Positions 17,884 through 27,610 are shown, numbered from the stretch's first letter. The stretch is 64,000 nucleotides of DNA from Planctomycetota bacterium (GCA_046154185.1 JBJXGE010000068.1:5178-69177), one strand, 5' to 3'. The notes: generated by a model from the sequence alone, not told the origin. Program-made: numbers and translations.

Positions 17884-19863
17884 GTGCGGTCAGCCTTGCT
17901 GCTGCTCCTATTCGGCGGTGTGTTGCTGCTCCACTTGTGGCTCACTTGGGTGAATCCCACGAGCGACCCGGCGAGCGGCTATTCGAACGACCACGCCTTC
18001 AACACGGATGGTTATTGGTATCTGGCGGAGGCGAAGGCATGGGTGGCGGGCGGCGACGCGCAAGTTGCTTGGAGCTACAACCGGCCGCTGATCAGTTATC
18101 CGGCGGTTTGGATTTTTTCGCTCGGCGGCGTGGGCTACGCGACAGCGCGCGTGCTCAGTAGCTTCGCGAGTTTGTTGGCGATCGCGCTCCTCGGCGCGGC
18201 GCTCGGTAAGAAGCACGGTCCGGCGGCAGCGCTCGTCGGCGCAACGCTGCTCGCGCTCGATCCGTCGTGGCTCACGCACGTCCGTTCACCGCTCATCTAC
18301 GTCGCCGTTGCGACTTGGATCTTCGCGACTATCTGGCTTGCGAGCGGTGCGCGCTGGTGGAGGTGGATCGCCGGCTGCGCGTTTTTGATGCTCGGCGGCG
18401 TGTGCCTCAAGTCACTCGTGTTCGCCGCGGCCCCCGCGCTCCTCGTCGACGGTTGGCGGCGACTGCGATGCGCCGAGGTGCGCGCGCACGCGCCGAACTT
18501 TCTCAAGTGGGGGCTCGTCGGCGGTGCTGCGGCGCTTGGCGGGCTCAGCCTGTGGTTGGCGCCGCGCTTTTGGCGCATGATCAGCGTGTACTTGTGGGGC
18601 GATGGCTTTGTGCCGATCGAGCAGCTGCTGAGTTTCGAGACGCGCTCGCGCCTTTTCTCGGCGCTGCCGGCGCTCGTTGCGCTCGCCGCGGTGCACGGCG
18701 TGCTCGGTTTGCGCTATGCGTTGCCGAGTGACGAAACTGCGCGTCGCTTCGCCAGTCTCGCGCATTGGACCGTGTGGAGCGTGATCGTGACTTTCGCGGT
18801 GGGACGTTACACGCCGCTCCGCTATTTGATGGTCGTCGTGCCGTTACTGGCTTACTTGGCCGGAGCGCTGGTCGACGCGCTCATGCATTCGAACGCGTGG
18901 ACGCCGCGCGTGGTCGCGAAGCGATGGCAGTACGCCGCACTCGCGCTCACGACGTTCGCGAGCGCCTACGCGCTCTCTCAGGTAGCGCGTGCCATCGGCG
19001 ACGCGGCCATTCCCGGCGTGGTCGTCGGAGCCGTCGCCGCCGCGGTGATCGTCGTGGGCGGCGCAACGGCGCGTCGTTGGTGTCGTCTCGTGCAACCGAC
19101 GGCGATGCCGGTCTTCGTACTCGCTTTGGCGCTCGTCGCGGGCGCCGCGCCGCTCGCGCGCGTGACCGCCGCGCGACCCGATACATTGGGTGTCGCGAGT
19201 CGCGACTTGGCCGCCATCGTCTTGCCGACCGCCGTCATCATCGGGCCGTATGCGCATGCGCTCTGTTTCGAGAGCGAGCTGCGCGCCGTGCAAGTCAATG
19301 GGCTGCGCTTCGGCGGCGGTCAATTGCGTGCACGTATTCAAGCACTCGCCGGTACGCACCTCCTGACGTTTCATGACGACACGCCGGAGTTTCGCGGGCT
19401 TTTCGAGCGTGACGGTGTGGCGCTGGAAAGCGTCGAGCACTTTCAAGTGCGCGGTCGCACGGTCACGTTGTTTCGATTCGTCGACGCGACGATTCCGCGT
19501 AGCGCGTTCGAGGAAGGCGTGGCGGCGCTCTTGGGCGGCGACCTCGCCGCGGCGGAGACCGCGTTTGCGCACGTCGTGAAAGGCGCGCCCAACGCGGCTC
19601 CCGCGTGGGCGCGACTCGCGATGCTCGCGGAACGACGCGGCGACTCTGCGGCGGCGTTCGAGTGTTACCAACGCGCGGTCGCGTGTGATCCCGCGCGGCT
19701 CGAGGCGCACATCGCACTCGCGAATCTATACGGCGCGGCGGAGCGACTCGATCTCGCGCTCGAACACCTGCGCGCTGCGAGCGCGGCGGCGCCGGCGAAC
19801 GAGCATTTGCGCGAGCAAGCGCGAAATCTCGCAGCGCGGCTTACCGCGGAGCGGTCCCAATGA
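17884..19863 (+). CDS. GT-C-like polytopic membrane protein with a C-terminal TPR domain (paralog of 9597-11612)
   Basis: GTG start, an early loop NTDGYWYLAEA and more than 10 hydrophobic helices. The C-terminal TPR block (AETAFAHVVKGAPNAAPAWARLAMLA...ALANLYGAAERLDLALEHLRAA) aligns by eye with that of 9597-11612. Confidence 0.6.
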   Translation: MRSALLLLLFGGVLLLHLWLTWVNPTSDPASGYSNDHAFNTDGYWYLAEAKAWVAGGDAQVAWSYNRPLISYPAVWIFSLGGVGYATARVLSSFASLLAIALLGAALGKKHGPAAALVGATLLALDPSWLTHVRSPLIYVAVATWIFATIWLASGARWWRWIAGCAFLMLGGVCLKSLVFAAAPALLVDGWRRLRCAEVRAHAPNFLKWGLVGGAAALGGLSLWLAPRFWRMISVYLWGDGFVPIEQLLSFETRSRLFSALPALVALAAVHGVLGLRYALPSDETARRFASLAHWTVWSVIVTFAVGRYTPLRYLMVVVPLLAYLAGALVDALMHSNAWTPRVVAKRWQYAALALTTFASAYALSQVARAIGDAAIPGVVVGAVAAAVIVVGGATARRWCRLVQPTAMPVFVLALALVAGAAPLARVTAARPDTLGVASRDLAAIVLPTAVIIGPYAHALCFESELRAVQVNGLRFGGGQLRARIQALAGTHLLTFHDDTPEFRGLFERDGVALESVEHFQVRGRTVTLFRFVDATIPRSAFEEGVAALLGGDLAAAETAFAHVVKGAPNAAPAWARLAMLAERRGDSAAAFECYQRAVACDPARLEAHIALANLYGAAERLDLALEHLRAASAAAPANEHLREQARNLAARLTAERSQ

Positions 19864-20783
19864 AACTGTCTGTCGTCATTCCAACACGCGAACGACCGGA
19901 CGCGGTGCTCGCGGCCGTGCGATCTTGTCTCGACCAAACGCTCGCTCCCGACGCGTACGAAATCATCGTTGTGGCAAATCCGCCGAGTCCCGCGATCGAA
20001 GCGCTCCTCGCCGAGCTCGCGCGTGGCGGCGGTCGCGTTGCGGTTCGGTATCTTCCGTGTCCACGACTCGGCGCCAACGCGGCGCGCAACGTCGGGCTCG
20101 TCGCCGCGCACGGCGAACTCCTCTACTTCATCGATGACGACTGCACGCTGCGTACGCGCGAGCAACTCGCGCACGCGGTCGCGCTCCACGCCGCGGCGCC
20201 TGCGACGCTTGGACTCGGGGGCATCTATCTCAGCGCGCCGCGGCGCGGCTGGATCACGCGTTTCTACAACGCGATGACCGAGCTGTGGCTGCGGCGCAAC
20301 GCGACGTCGGATGGCGGACAACTTGTGCTGCTCGGCGGCAACGCGGTCTATAAGCGCGCGCTCGTCAGCGCCGGACATCGATTCGCCGAGGAACTCACGT
20401 ACGGCGGCACCGAGACCGAATTCAATCACCGCTTGGTTGCCGCGGGCGCGCGACTCGAACTGCGCGACGAGCTGGCCGTCGTGCATCATTTCGATTGTCG
20501 TTGGCGCGCGCTCTGGTGGCGCGCCTGGCGACAAGGCGCCGGGAAGCGAATCGACACCGACGCCCGCGAGTTGAAACGCCGACGCGCTGCGACGGCGCTC
20601 TTTCGCACGGCGCTCGTCAATGATCCGAGACCGCGGTCAGCGTTCTGGTTATTCGTGCTGATTTACTATTCAACGGCACTTGTCGCGGGATGGTTGGCCG
20701 GCCGTCGGAGCGCGCCGAACGATCCATTACCGCCGACCCGCACATCGACGAAGAACGACGTGCCGGCAGTCGTCGTTCAGTAA
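19860..20783 (+). CDS. Family 2 glycosyltransferase
   Basis: ATGA overlap with the upstream gene. GT2 motifs KLSVVIPTRERP and the DXD motif YFIDDDC are present, with a C-terminal hydrophobic helix. Confidence 0.8.
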   Translation: MKLSVVIPTRERPDAVLAAVRSCLDQTLAPDAYEIIVVANPPSPAIEALLAELARGGGRVAVRYLPCPRLGANAARNVGLVAAHGELLYFIDDDCTLRTREQLAHAVALHAAAPATLGLGGIYLSAPRRGWITRFYNAMTELWLRRNATSDGGQLVLLGGNAVYKRALVSAGHRFAEELTYGGTETEFNHRLVAAGARLELRDELAVVHHFDCRWRALWWRAWRQGAGKRIDTDARELKRRRAATALFRTALVNDPRPRSAFWLFVLIYYSTALVAGWLAGRRSAPNDPLPPTRTSTKNDVPAVVVQ

Positions 20784-20916
20784 TCATTCCGCTTTCTCGT
20801 CGCTCAGCTCTGGGAGGGCTCTCGGCGCCTCGCTACAATCCCGCCGCCGCGCCGGGGCGCGGTGAACAACAACTCGCGAATCCTTCGTCACGATCGTCGA
20901 TGGGAGTTTCCCGCAC

Positions 20917-21864
20917 ATGGCCAAGAGCATCGAATACAACGCCACGCTGACGGAACGCATCGACGTGACGGACGCGTTGACGATTTTTCGGTTTCGTCCC
21001 GACACGGCGTTGCCGGCTCAGAAGTGGTTCGTGCCCGGCCAGTACGTGGTGATCGGACTCAACAACGAAGCCCAACCGGACCTCGGCGCCGTGCAGCGCC
21101 CGATGTCGATCTCGTCGGCGCCGCAGTTGAATGAGTACATCGAGTTCTATATCCGCTACGTCAATCAGCCGAGCTCGAAGAATCCGCTGACGCATTTGCT
21201 TTGGAAACTCCGCGCCGGCGGGCGCGCGTTCGTGCGAACGACGGCGAAGGGGAAGTTCACGGTCAAGGATTTGATCGGCGACGCGGACCTACGGCTCAAG
21301 GTGTTCGTCGCGGCGGGGACGGGGCTCGCGCCGTTCTTGTCGATCGTGCGGAGTCATCTGCACGAAAATCCCGGCGCGTCGCTCGCGCAGTTCGCGATCA
21401 TCCACGGCGCGAGTTTTCCCGCGGACCTCGGCTTTCGCACCGAGCTGGAAGCGCTCGCGAGCCGGCATGGGCTCCGCTACATTCCGACGGTAAGTCGTTA
21501 TCGGGAGTTTCCCGATTGGCGCGGCGCTCGCGGTCGTGCGGAAGATTGCTTTGCGCCCGAGCGTCTGGCGGACACTGAAGCGCGGCTCGGTCTCAAGCCC
21601 GGCGAATTGCGGCCCGCGCACGCGGCGGTTTTTATCTGTGGATTGCAAGGAACGATCGGTTCGACCATCGAGCGCCTCGTCGCGCGCGGGTTCGTGCCCG
21701 ACGATCGCGGGCTACGCAAGGCCTTCGCGGTTCCCGAAGCTATCCCGGCCGCGCTCTTCTACGAGCAATACGACAGCGATCCGGTCATCGACCTCACGAA
21801 CGCGGCCCGCGTCGCGGAACTCGCAAGCATGCTGAAGTCGGCGCTCGCGGACGCGCGTGCATGA
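20917..21864 (+). CDS. Ferredoxin-NADP+ reductase-type FAD/NAD(P)-binding oxidoreductase
   Basis: FAD-binding R-x-Y-S-like motif RPMSISSAP and NAD(P)-binding motif VFVAAGTGLAPFLSIV. Length and domain order fit the FNR family. Confidence 0.8.
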   Translation: MAKSIEYNATLTERIDVTDALTIFRFRPDTALPAQKWFVPGQYVVIGLNNEAQPDLGAVQRPMSISSAPQLNEYIEFYIRYVNQPSSKNPLTHLLWKLRAGGRAFVRTTAKGKFTVKDLIGDADLRLKVFVAAGTGLAPFLSIVRSHLHENPGASLAQFAIIHGASFPADLGFRTELEALASRHGLRYIPTVSRYREFPDWRGARGRAEDCFAPERLADTEARLGLKPGELRPAHAAVFICGLQGTIGSTIERLVARGFVPDDRGLRKAFAVPEAIPAALFYEQYDSDPVIDLTNAARVAELASMLKSALADARA

Positions 21865-21900
21865 CGAGCGCATTCCTGGCTGCGCGTTACTTAGTGCGAC

Positions 21901-24267
21901 TCAGCGCAACAAGAGTTCGAAGTCTTGCGTCATCTCGTCGACACCTGCCGGCACGATGAGCGTGCGTTCGGCGGGCGCGTGGGTGCCGGCGTTTCGGTAG
22001 CAGTTCACCTGCACCCACCACATCCCCGACCGCGGCAGCGCTAGCACATAGCGACCTTCGGCGTCCGTCGAATCGAAGACCTCGTCGCCAACGTCGCTCG
22101 TCGGTGGCACCGCGCTCACGGAAGCGTCAGCGATGGGATGACCCGCGGCTGTCACACGACCGCGGATGACGATTCTGTCAACGCCGGTCTCGGACGTCGA
22201 TGACGATTTCGGGACAAGCCGCAGCTCCATCGATGTCGTCGCGCCGACCGCGAGCTGCACGAGTTGTGACGTGAGAGCGACTTCGTCGACTCCGACTTCC
22301 AGCACGTACGCGCCCGGTCGGGTCTCGACGCGGAAACGACCGGTCTCGTCGAACTCCACGTCCTCGTAATCGGGGGTACCGATTCGGTTGAGCTTGCCGA
22401 AGCCGCCGTCCGCGAACTGGCCATTCGGTAGCACGACCCGACCCGCGAGCAGCGCCGGTGTCGGCAGCTCTAGTACGAGTTCAGAGGGGTGAGGTGTCTC
22501 GACGCGTTGTCGGAGCCACGCATTGCCCGAGCGCCTGACACGCGCGTCGTAGATGCCGGCGGGGATGCCGCTGAAATGAAAACGTCCGGCTCGATCGGTC
22601 ATCGTTGCGGCTGAGTCACCGGAGATTCCAAAAAGCTCGATACGCTCGCCGACAATCGGCTGCTTCGCGCGGTCGATCAGCAAGCCCGAGACGCCGTGCC
22701 CTTTCGGAAGCACGAGTTCGAATGGGTACGGGATCTCGACGCGTTGCGGGAACCACTCGTCGTCTGCACGCCAAACGTGCGTTTTGTAAACGCCCGCGGG
22801 GATACCGCTGAAATGAAATCGTCCGGCTCGGTCGGTCATCGTTGCGGCGGAGTCACCGGAGACTCCAAAAAGGCTGATGCTCTCACCGATGATCGGTTGG
22901 CCCGATCGATCGATCAACAAGCCCGAGACTTCGTGCCCCTTCGGAAAGACGAATGATTCTGCCAGCGTTGCCGCCCCGGACTCGACGCGCAGGCGCTGTT
23001 CGATCGGCGAGACGTGGCCGCGACTATTCACCGAGATCTCGTACGCGCCCGGTTCGAGTCCAGTGAACACATAATCGCCGCGCGCGTCGGTCGATGTCTC
23101 CCTCGAGAAAAGGACCGAGCCCTTGTCATAGCCACTGTCGCGCCAAAGTTGAATGCCGCCTTTGGCATCGTTTGTGGAGTCACCGTGCTTGGAGTCGAAG
23201 CGGGCGGAGACTTCCACGTGCGCGAAGTCGCCGCCGGTTGCATCGACCACGTGTCCGCGAATGGCGCCGGCGCGCGACAACACGACCTCGACCTGGGCTA
23301 AGCAATTTTCACCATCGAAGTCGAGTTCGCACACCGATCCCAAAAGGCGCGCTTCGCGAACTGCGAGCAGCGCGTAGCGTGAGAACGGCGGCAGTCCGCG
23401 TACGCAAAAGCGTCCGTCCGTTGCGGTCCGAAGGCCGCTGCACACGACGCACTCGTCGTCGTCGCCATGCGTGATCGCGTGGTCAAGCTCCGCGGGCGGC
23501 GACTCATCCGTGTAGCCGAGCAACACGCGGGCGTTTGCGACCGGCAAACCATCGGCGTCGATGACGCGACCGCTGATGGCGTCGCTTGGAGCCGCGAGCG
23601 CCGCCGTCGAAGACTCGTCGATGGGCGTGTCCGGCTCGGCGACGTCGGGCTCGTCCACTTCCGTGACGAGAAAAACTTCCATTTCTTCATCGTCGAGAAT
23701 CGCCGAACTGGATCGCTCGACGTAGCCGGGTGCGGAAAAGTGTAGCGCCGGAGGCCCCCAATCATTCCGCCGCAACGCGGACAAGAGGAACCGGCCGTCG
23801 GCATCACTCGTGGCGTCGTCGATGAAGTTCTCGCGCACGCGACAATTGCGGCGCGCACTCCCGGTGACATGAACGCCCGCAATCGGTGAACCGTCGAGAG
23901 ACAGGACCGTTCCACCGATGCGGGCTGGGGCCTGCAGGCGAAACTCCAGAACGCCGCCGTCGCGTGCTTGCCAGTGGTCGGCTTCGGATGCGTAACCCGT
24001 CGCGCGGACGACGACGCGTCCGCGCGCGATATCGCGCGACGAGAAGCGATAGCAACCACCTTCGCGCTCGTCCGCCCGGATCGGAACGGCTCGATCACCG
24101 GTCGGCGGCTCCCGCTCAAACGTGACTTGCGCGCCAGCGACCGGCAAGTCCAACCAGTCGACGACGCGAACTTCGAGCGACGTCGCCGAGTCAACCGCGA
24201 GGAGACACATCGAGAGCGCGCCGAGTAGAAACGGCGCGCCGAAGGTGTGGAGAGCGGAGTGTCGCAT
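21901..24267 (-). CDS. Secreted multi-repeat protein of carboxypeptidase-regulatory-like (Ig-like beta-sandwich) domains
   Basis: I moved the start to ATG 24267, which has GGAGGTGA 6 nt upstream and the signal peptide MRHSALHTFGAPFLLGALSMCLLAVDS. The further 90 nt of the track ORF contain the neighbour's terminator. Modules of the G-x-V-x-D-x-x-G-x-P-[IV]-x-G-A type recur (e.g. GRVIDADGLPVANARV) and each ends in GxY motifs. Confidence 0.7.
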   Translation of the reverse strand: MRHSALHTFGAPFLLGALSMCLLAVDSATSLEVRVVDWLDLPVAGAQVTFEREPPTGDRAVPIRADEREGGCYRFSSRDIARGRVVVRATGYASEADHWQARDGGVLEFRLQAPARIGGTVLSLDGSPIAGVHVTGSARRNCRVRENFIDDATSDADGRFLLSALRRNDWGPPALHFSAPGYVERSSSAILDDEEMEVFLVTEVDEPDVAEPDTPIDESSTAALAAPSDAISGRVIDADGLPVANARVLLGYTDESPPAELDHAITHGDDDECVVCSGLRTATDGRFCVRGLPPFSRYALLAVREARLLGSVCELDFDGENCLAQVEVVLSRAGAIRGHVVDATGGDFAHVEVSARFDSKHGDSTNDAKGGIQLWRDSGYDKGSVLFSRETSTDARGDYVFTGLEPGAYEISVNSRGHVSPIEQRLRVESGAATLAESFVFPKGHEVSGLLIDRSGQPIIGESISLFGVSGDSAATMTDRAGRFHFSGIPAGVYKTHVWRADDEWFPQRVEIPYPFELVLPKGHGVSGLLIDRAKQPIVGERIELFGISGDSAATMTDRAGRFHFSGIPAGIYDARVRRSGNAWLRQRVETPHPSELVLELPTPALLAGRVVLPNGQFADGGFGKLNRIGTPDYEDVEFDETGRFRVETRPGAYVLEVGVDEVALTSQLVQLAVGATTSMELRLVPKSSSTSETGVDRIVIRGRVTAAGHPIADASVSAVPPTSDVGDEVFDSTDAEGRYVLALPRSGMWWVQVNCYRNAGTHAPAERTLIVPAGVDEMTQDFELLLR
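22471..22944 (-). repeat. Direct tandem duplication, 2 x 237 bp (2 x 79 codons), inside the repeat-protein gene
   Basis: The units are 22471-22707 and 22708-22944. They encode PKGHGVSGLLIDRAKQPIVGERIELFGISGDSAATMTDRAGRFHFSGIPAGIY... and PKGHEVSGLLIDRSGQPIIGESISLFGVSGDSAATMTDRAGRFHFSGIPAGVY... The DNA is near-identical over long stretches, for example ccgctgaaatgaaa[a/t]cgtccggctcg[a/g]tcggtcatcgttgcgg. Confidence 0.95.
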
Positions 24268-24330
24268 GAACGTCACCTCCGAAGGCGGAGACGACGCGCG
24301 ACGCGTCAATCTTGCGATGAATCCAAGCGC

Positions 24331-24372
24331 GCAAAAAAGAGCCGAGACGCAGAGCACTACTCCGCGTCTCGG
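24331..24372 (-). terminator. Rho-independent terminator after the dockerin/LTD gene
   Basis: On the minus strand, stem CCGAGACGC (24364-24372), a 13-nt loop and stem GCGTCTCGG (24342-24350) are followed by CTCTTTTTTG. The hairpin lies 30 nt past the stop at 24402. Confidence 0.75.
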
Positions 24373-24401
24373 TCATTGCGCTACGGTTCAGCCGTCGAGC
24401 T

Positions 24402-26651
24402 TTAGTTCGATGTGCCCGGAGTCAGCGTCGTGACGAACACCCAGTCCGTCGCCGCGTTGTCGGAATCGACGCCATTCGGGACGCGAGCGAGTGAACCAAC
24501 TACTGTGTTTGAGTCGGCAACCGCGATCGGCAGCACGGTCCCCTCGACCAGGTTGAAGGTCCCGGTAAATCCGGTAATCGTCACGGCCGTCATCGATCCC
24601 TCGTAGCTCAGCGCATCGATCAGCGTGTTGGTCGCGATGTCGAGCAACGCGATTCCATCCGGTGCGCCGTTTTGCACGTTGTCATTCGCAGCGCTAAACG
24701 TGATCGACAACGCACCGCCTGGAACTACAACCGTCCCCGCTCGCACGAGCAGGTATTGACCCGCCGCGATGGATGCGCCCGCGGTCGAAAGATCAAGGAC
24801 CAAGTACGACAAGCTGGTGGACCCGTTCACGAGCGCCAACCGCAAGTTCGTCAGCGACACTGCGCTCGCTGTCGGGTTGAAGATCTCGATGAACTCGGCG
24901 TTGTCAGTGCCGACGTTGTCGTAATCCACTTCGTTGATCACGAGGTGCGTTCCGGCACTGCACTCGGCGTCCGCCGCATCGGTGTCGCCGTCGCAATCGT
25001 TGTCGATACCGTCGGAGCAATCCTCCAGCGCTCCCGGGTTAACGTCGAAATCGGTGTCGTCGCAGTCGAGTCCGTTCGCGACCGTGTGCGTCGCGTCCGG
25101 CGCGCATTGGACGATGAAGTCGGCCGGATTACCGTAGGTGTCGCCGTCGACGTCGGCGTACCAATGCGTCGTGCAAATGCAGATCTGATTCGCGGCGCCT
25201 GGCGTACCGAGGTCGCCGCCGATCAGGATCGAACCGGCCGGGGTCGGGCACCAATTGAAGATGCTGTCGTTGAGGACGGCGTCCGTGAACGTGGGGTCGA
25301 GCTGCAATGAAGCGCCGAGCGGCGCCGCGCTGCCCGGATACACGAAGCTGTCGATCGTCACGCCAGCGACTTCGAGAATGACCGTATCGCCGGCTTGCGC
25401 GAGGAAGAAGCCGGTCGGCCCGTACTGGTAGTTGACAACCACGCCGCCATTGAGCGCAAAGTCATCTTCAATGCCGAGTACGACGAAACCGGCGGGCGGG
25501 ATCACGACGCTGGCGGCGATCACGTGGATGTCCGTACCGCTATCGCGGATCGTCCAGCCGTTGATGTCGATCGGCGCCGCGGTCGTATTGAAGAGTTCCA
25601 TGTACTCACCGACGGAATCAGGGACGGCCGCTGGATTGATCATGAGCTCGGTGATCACGACTGAACCCTCGACTCCGAAGGGACAATCCGGATCCGCGGT
25701 ATCGATGAGCCCGTCGCAATCGTTGTCGATCATGTCATCACAAATCTCGGGGCCCGTCGCGGTGCAGAAGTATTCGCACCCGTCCGCCGGCAAGCCGTTG
25801 AGATCCACATAGCCCGCGTCACAGGTCACGATCAAGCACACTCCCGCGACGCACACGGCCGTCGCGTTCGGCAACGTACACGGCGCTGTCAGCTCATCGC
25901 CGGGTATACAGTTGAGATCCGGACCGCCGCAGACTTCGATCGCGCCCGGATTCACCAAGGAATTCGAATCGTCGCAGTCGGTGTGGTCCGTCACCATGCC
26001 AGGCGGTACGACGCAAGAGATGACGCCGTCGGAGGTGATGTCGCCGTAGGTGTCCATGTCGAGGTCCGGGTAGTACGTAATCCCGTCGATGGCATCTTCG
26101 TCGATCGCGATATCGCAATCGTCGTCGATGCCGTTACACACTTCGGGGGCGCCGGGGTAAACATCGGAGTTTCGATCGTCGCAGTCGCCCGGGAGTTCGG
26201 CCGTATACACGCCGGTCGGCACGCAAGCGATGATGAAATTATCGGTGTCGCCGAAGTTATCGAGGTCGGCGTCCGCGTACCACGGCGTCGTGCAAGGTGC
26301 GCCGCAGATCAAGGTATCGCCGGTTGGGTCTGTGCCAGCGGTCGGGAAGGGGGGCGGCGGCGTTTGGCTGCCGGGCGTGAAGAGGTAACTCAGCGTGAAG
26401 ATCGCATCGCCGATATCGATCGCGCCGTCGTCATTCGCATCGGCGGCATCCGGACAGCTCGGCGCGATACCGCCGCTGAACAAGAACGACAGCGTGAAGA
26501 TCGCGTCACCGATGTCGATCGTCCCATCGGCATTCGAATCGGCGCGAATGAACGTGCCGCTGCCGGTTCCCCCGTACACCGTCGCCGGCGCCGTCAACAA
26601 CGCGATGACCGCGACCGCGAGCCCGGCACTCGAAAACGTCCAACACTTCAT
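24402..26651 (-). CDS. Secreted mosaic protein: two dockerin-like EF-hand repeats, Cys-rich MopE-type putative metal-binding modules and two lamin-tail (LTD) domains
   Basis: I moved the start to ATG 26651 (AAGGAGTGA upstream; signal peptide MKCWTFSSAGLAVAVIALLTAPATVYG). Dockerin-like repeats: DSNADGTIDIGDAIFTLSFLF and DANDDGAIDIGDAIFTLSYLF. MopE-like modules: DCDD-x-N-x-x-V-x-PGA-x-E-x-C-x-G-x-D-x-DCD, three to four copies. LTD-like segments: VVITELMINPAAVPDSVGEYMELFN and LVINEVDYDNVGTDNAEFIEIFN. Confidence 0.7.
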   Translation of the reverse strand: MKCWTFSSAGLAVAVIALLTAPATVYGGTGSGTFIRADSNADGTIDIGDAIFTLSFLFSGGIAPSCPDAADANDDGAIDIGDAIFTLSYLFTPGSQTPPPPFPTAGTDPTGDTLICGAPCTTPWYADADLDNFGDTDNFIIACVPTGVYTAELPGDCDDRNSDVYPGAPEVCNGIDDDCDIAIDEDAIDGITYYPDLDMDTYGDITSDGVISCVVPPGMVTDHTDCDDSNSLVNPGAIEVCGGPDLNCIPGDELTAPCTLPNATAVCVAGVCLIVTCDAGYVDLNGLPADGCEYFCTATGPEICDDMIDNDCDGLIDTADPDCPFGVEGSVVITELMINPAAVPDSVGEYMELFNTTAAPIDINGWTIRDSGTDIHVIAASVVIPPAGFVVLGIEDDFALNGGVVVNYQYGPTGFFLAQAGDTVILEVAGVTIDSFVYPGSAAPLGASLQLDPTFTDAVLNDSIFNWCPTPAGSILIGGDLGTPGAANQICICTTHWYADVDGDTYGNPADFIVQCAPDATHTVANGLDCDDTDFDVNPGALEDCSDGIDNDCDGDTDAADAECSAGTHLVINEVDYDNVGTDNAEFIEIFNPTASAVSLTNLRLALVNGSTSLSYLVLDLSTAGASIAAGQYLLVRAGTVVVPGGALSITFSAANDNVQNGAPDGIALLDIATNTLIDALSYEGSMTAVTITGFTGTFNLVEGTVLPIAVADSNTVVGSLARVPNGVDSDNAATDWVFVTTLTPGTSN

Positions 26652-27058
26652 GCTCACTCCTTCTGAGCGCGGCGAACTGCGCTCGAAACACACCTACCCA
26701 CGATGAAAGCCCAGTAAGTCCACGAAGCGACGCGACGCAGGTCGCGCGCGCACTTCTCGTGTGACGGTAAATCGTGCGCGTGAGGATACGGTAAATGCCA
26801 ATCGCGCGTCACGCAAAAAGCGGTCAACTCGCGAAGGTCTGCGCCGGACCGCGATTCGCGCAACAGGCGGGACCTCGATTGATCGACGGCGCGCCCGAAA
26901 AAGTTTGCGCACTCGCACGTAGCTCGGCTGTGCGACATTGGATTGTGACAAATTCGCGGAGCGCTACTATGTGCCGCGTTGGGCGGGAGATTCGAATTCG
27001 CGTTCGAGTAACGCACCACGACGCCGGTGGTCCGGCTGGCTCTGGCAGGATTGAATTA

Positions 27059-27547
27059 ATGATCTCGATGACAGTTCGAATCGCCGCGCTCGCGGGGCTA
27101 CTCGTGAGCGCCACAAACTGTACGAAAGAATCAGAAACGGGCGAAACCGCTGACCGCGTCGGTGCGACCGCGACGGCGAGTGGCGCGTGCGCGCTTTTTA
27201 CGACGGCCGAAATCGGCGAGATCCTCGGCAACAAGGTGCAGCCGGGGAAAATCACCGACTCCATGGAGACGATTTGCCATTGGGACGGGAGTTCGGATGG
27301 CAAGGCCTGCTACGCACAGATTCAAGTGATCAAAGGCACCGAGTATTGGGTGAAGCAGACGTTGGCGTCGGGCTACGAAGAGTTGCCGGGCATCGGCAAA
27401 GAAGCGTTCGTGGTGCCGGAGTTCGGCGGCTGGGCCGCGCATGCGCTGACTGACACTTCCGTCGTCGCGGTCGCGCTAAACGGCGGCAGGGCGGATCGCG
27501 AGCGTACCGTGCAGTTTCTGCGAAGCGTTTTGAACCGCATGAGGTGA
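27059..27547 (+). CDS. Small secreted protein or lipoprotein of unknown function
   Basis: The track ORF opens at 26795, but the hydrophobic signal peptide (MISMTVRIAALAGLLVSATNC) begins at ATG 27059 (ATG 27068 is an alternative). About 160 aa with 4 Cys. I recognise no family. Confidence 0.5.
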   Translation: MISMTVRIAALAGLLVSATNCTKESETGETADRVGATATASGACALFTTAEIGEILGNKVQPGKITDSMETICHWDGSSDGKACYAQIQVIKGTEYWVKQTLASGYEELPGIGKEAFVVPEFGGWAAHALTDTSVVAVALNGGRADRERTVQFLRSVLNRMR

Positions 27548-27578
27548 GCGACGACGCGCACGCCTTTCGCGGAAAACA

Positions 27579-27610
27579 GACCGGGCGAGACTCGCGAGTC
27601 TCGCCCGGTC
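27579..27610. terminator. Perfect 32-nt palindrome between convergent genes; a candidate bidirectional terminator
   Basis: GACCGGGCGAGACTCGCGAGTCTCGCCCGGTC is its own reverse complement. It is flanked by AAAACA on one side and CTTTGTT on the other, which gives a weak U-tract on both strands. It lies between the stops at 27547 (+) and 27635 (-). Confidence 0.7.
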
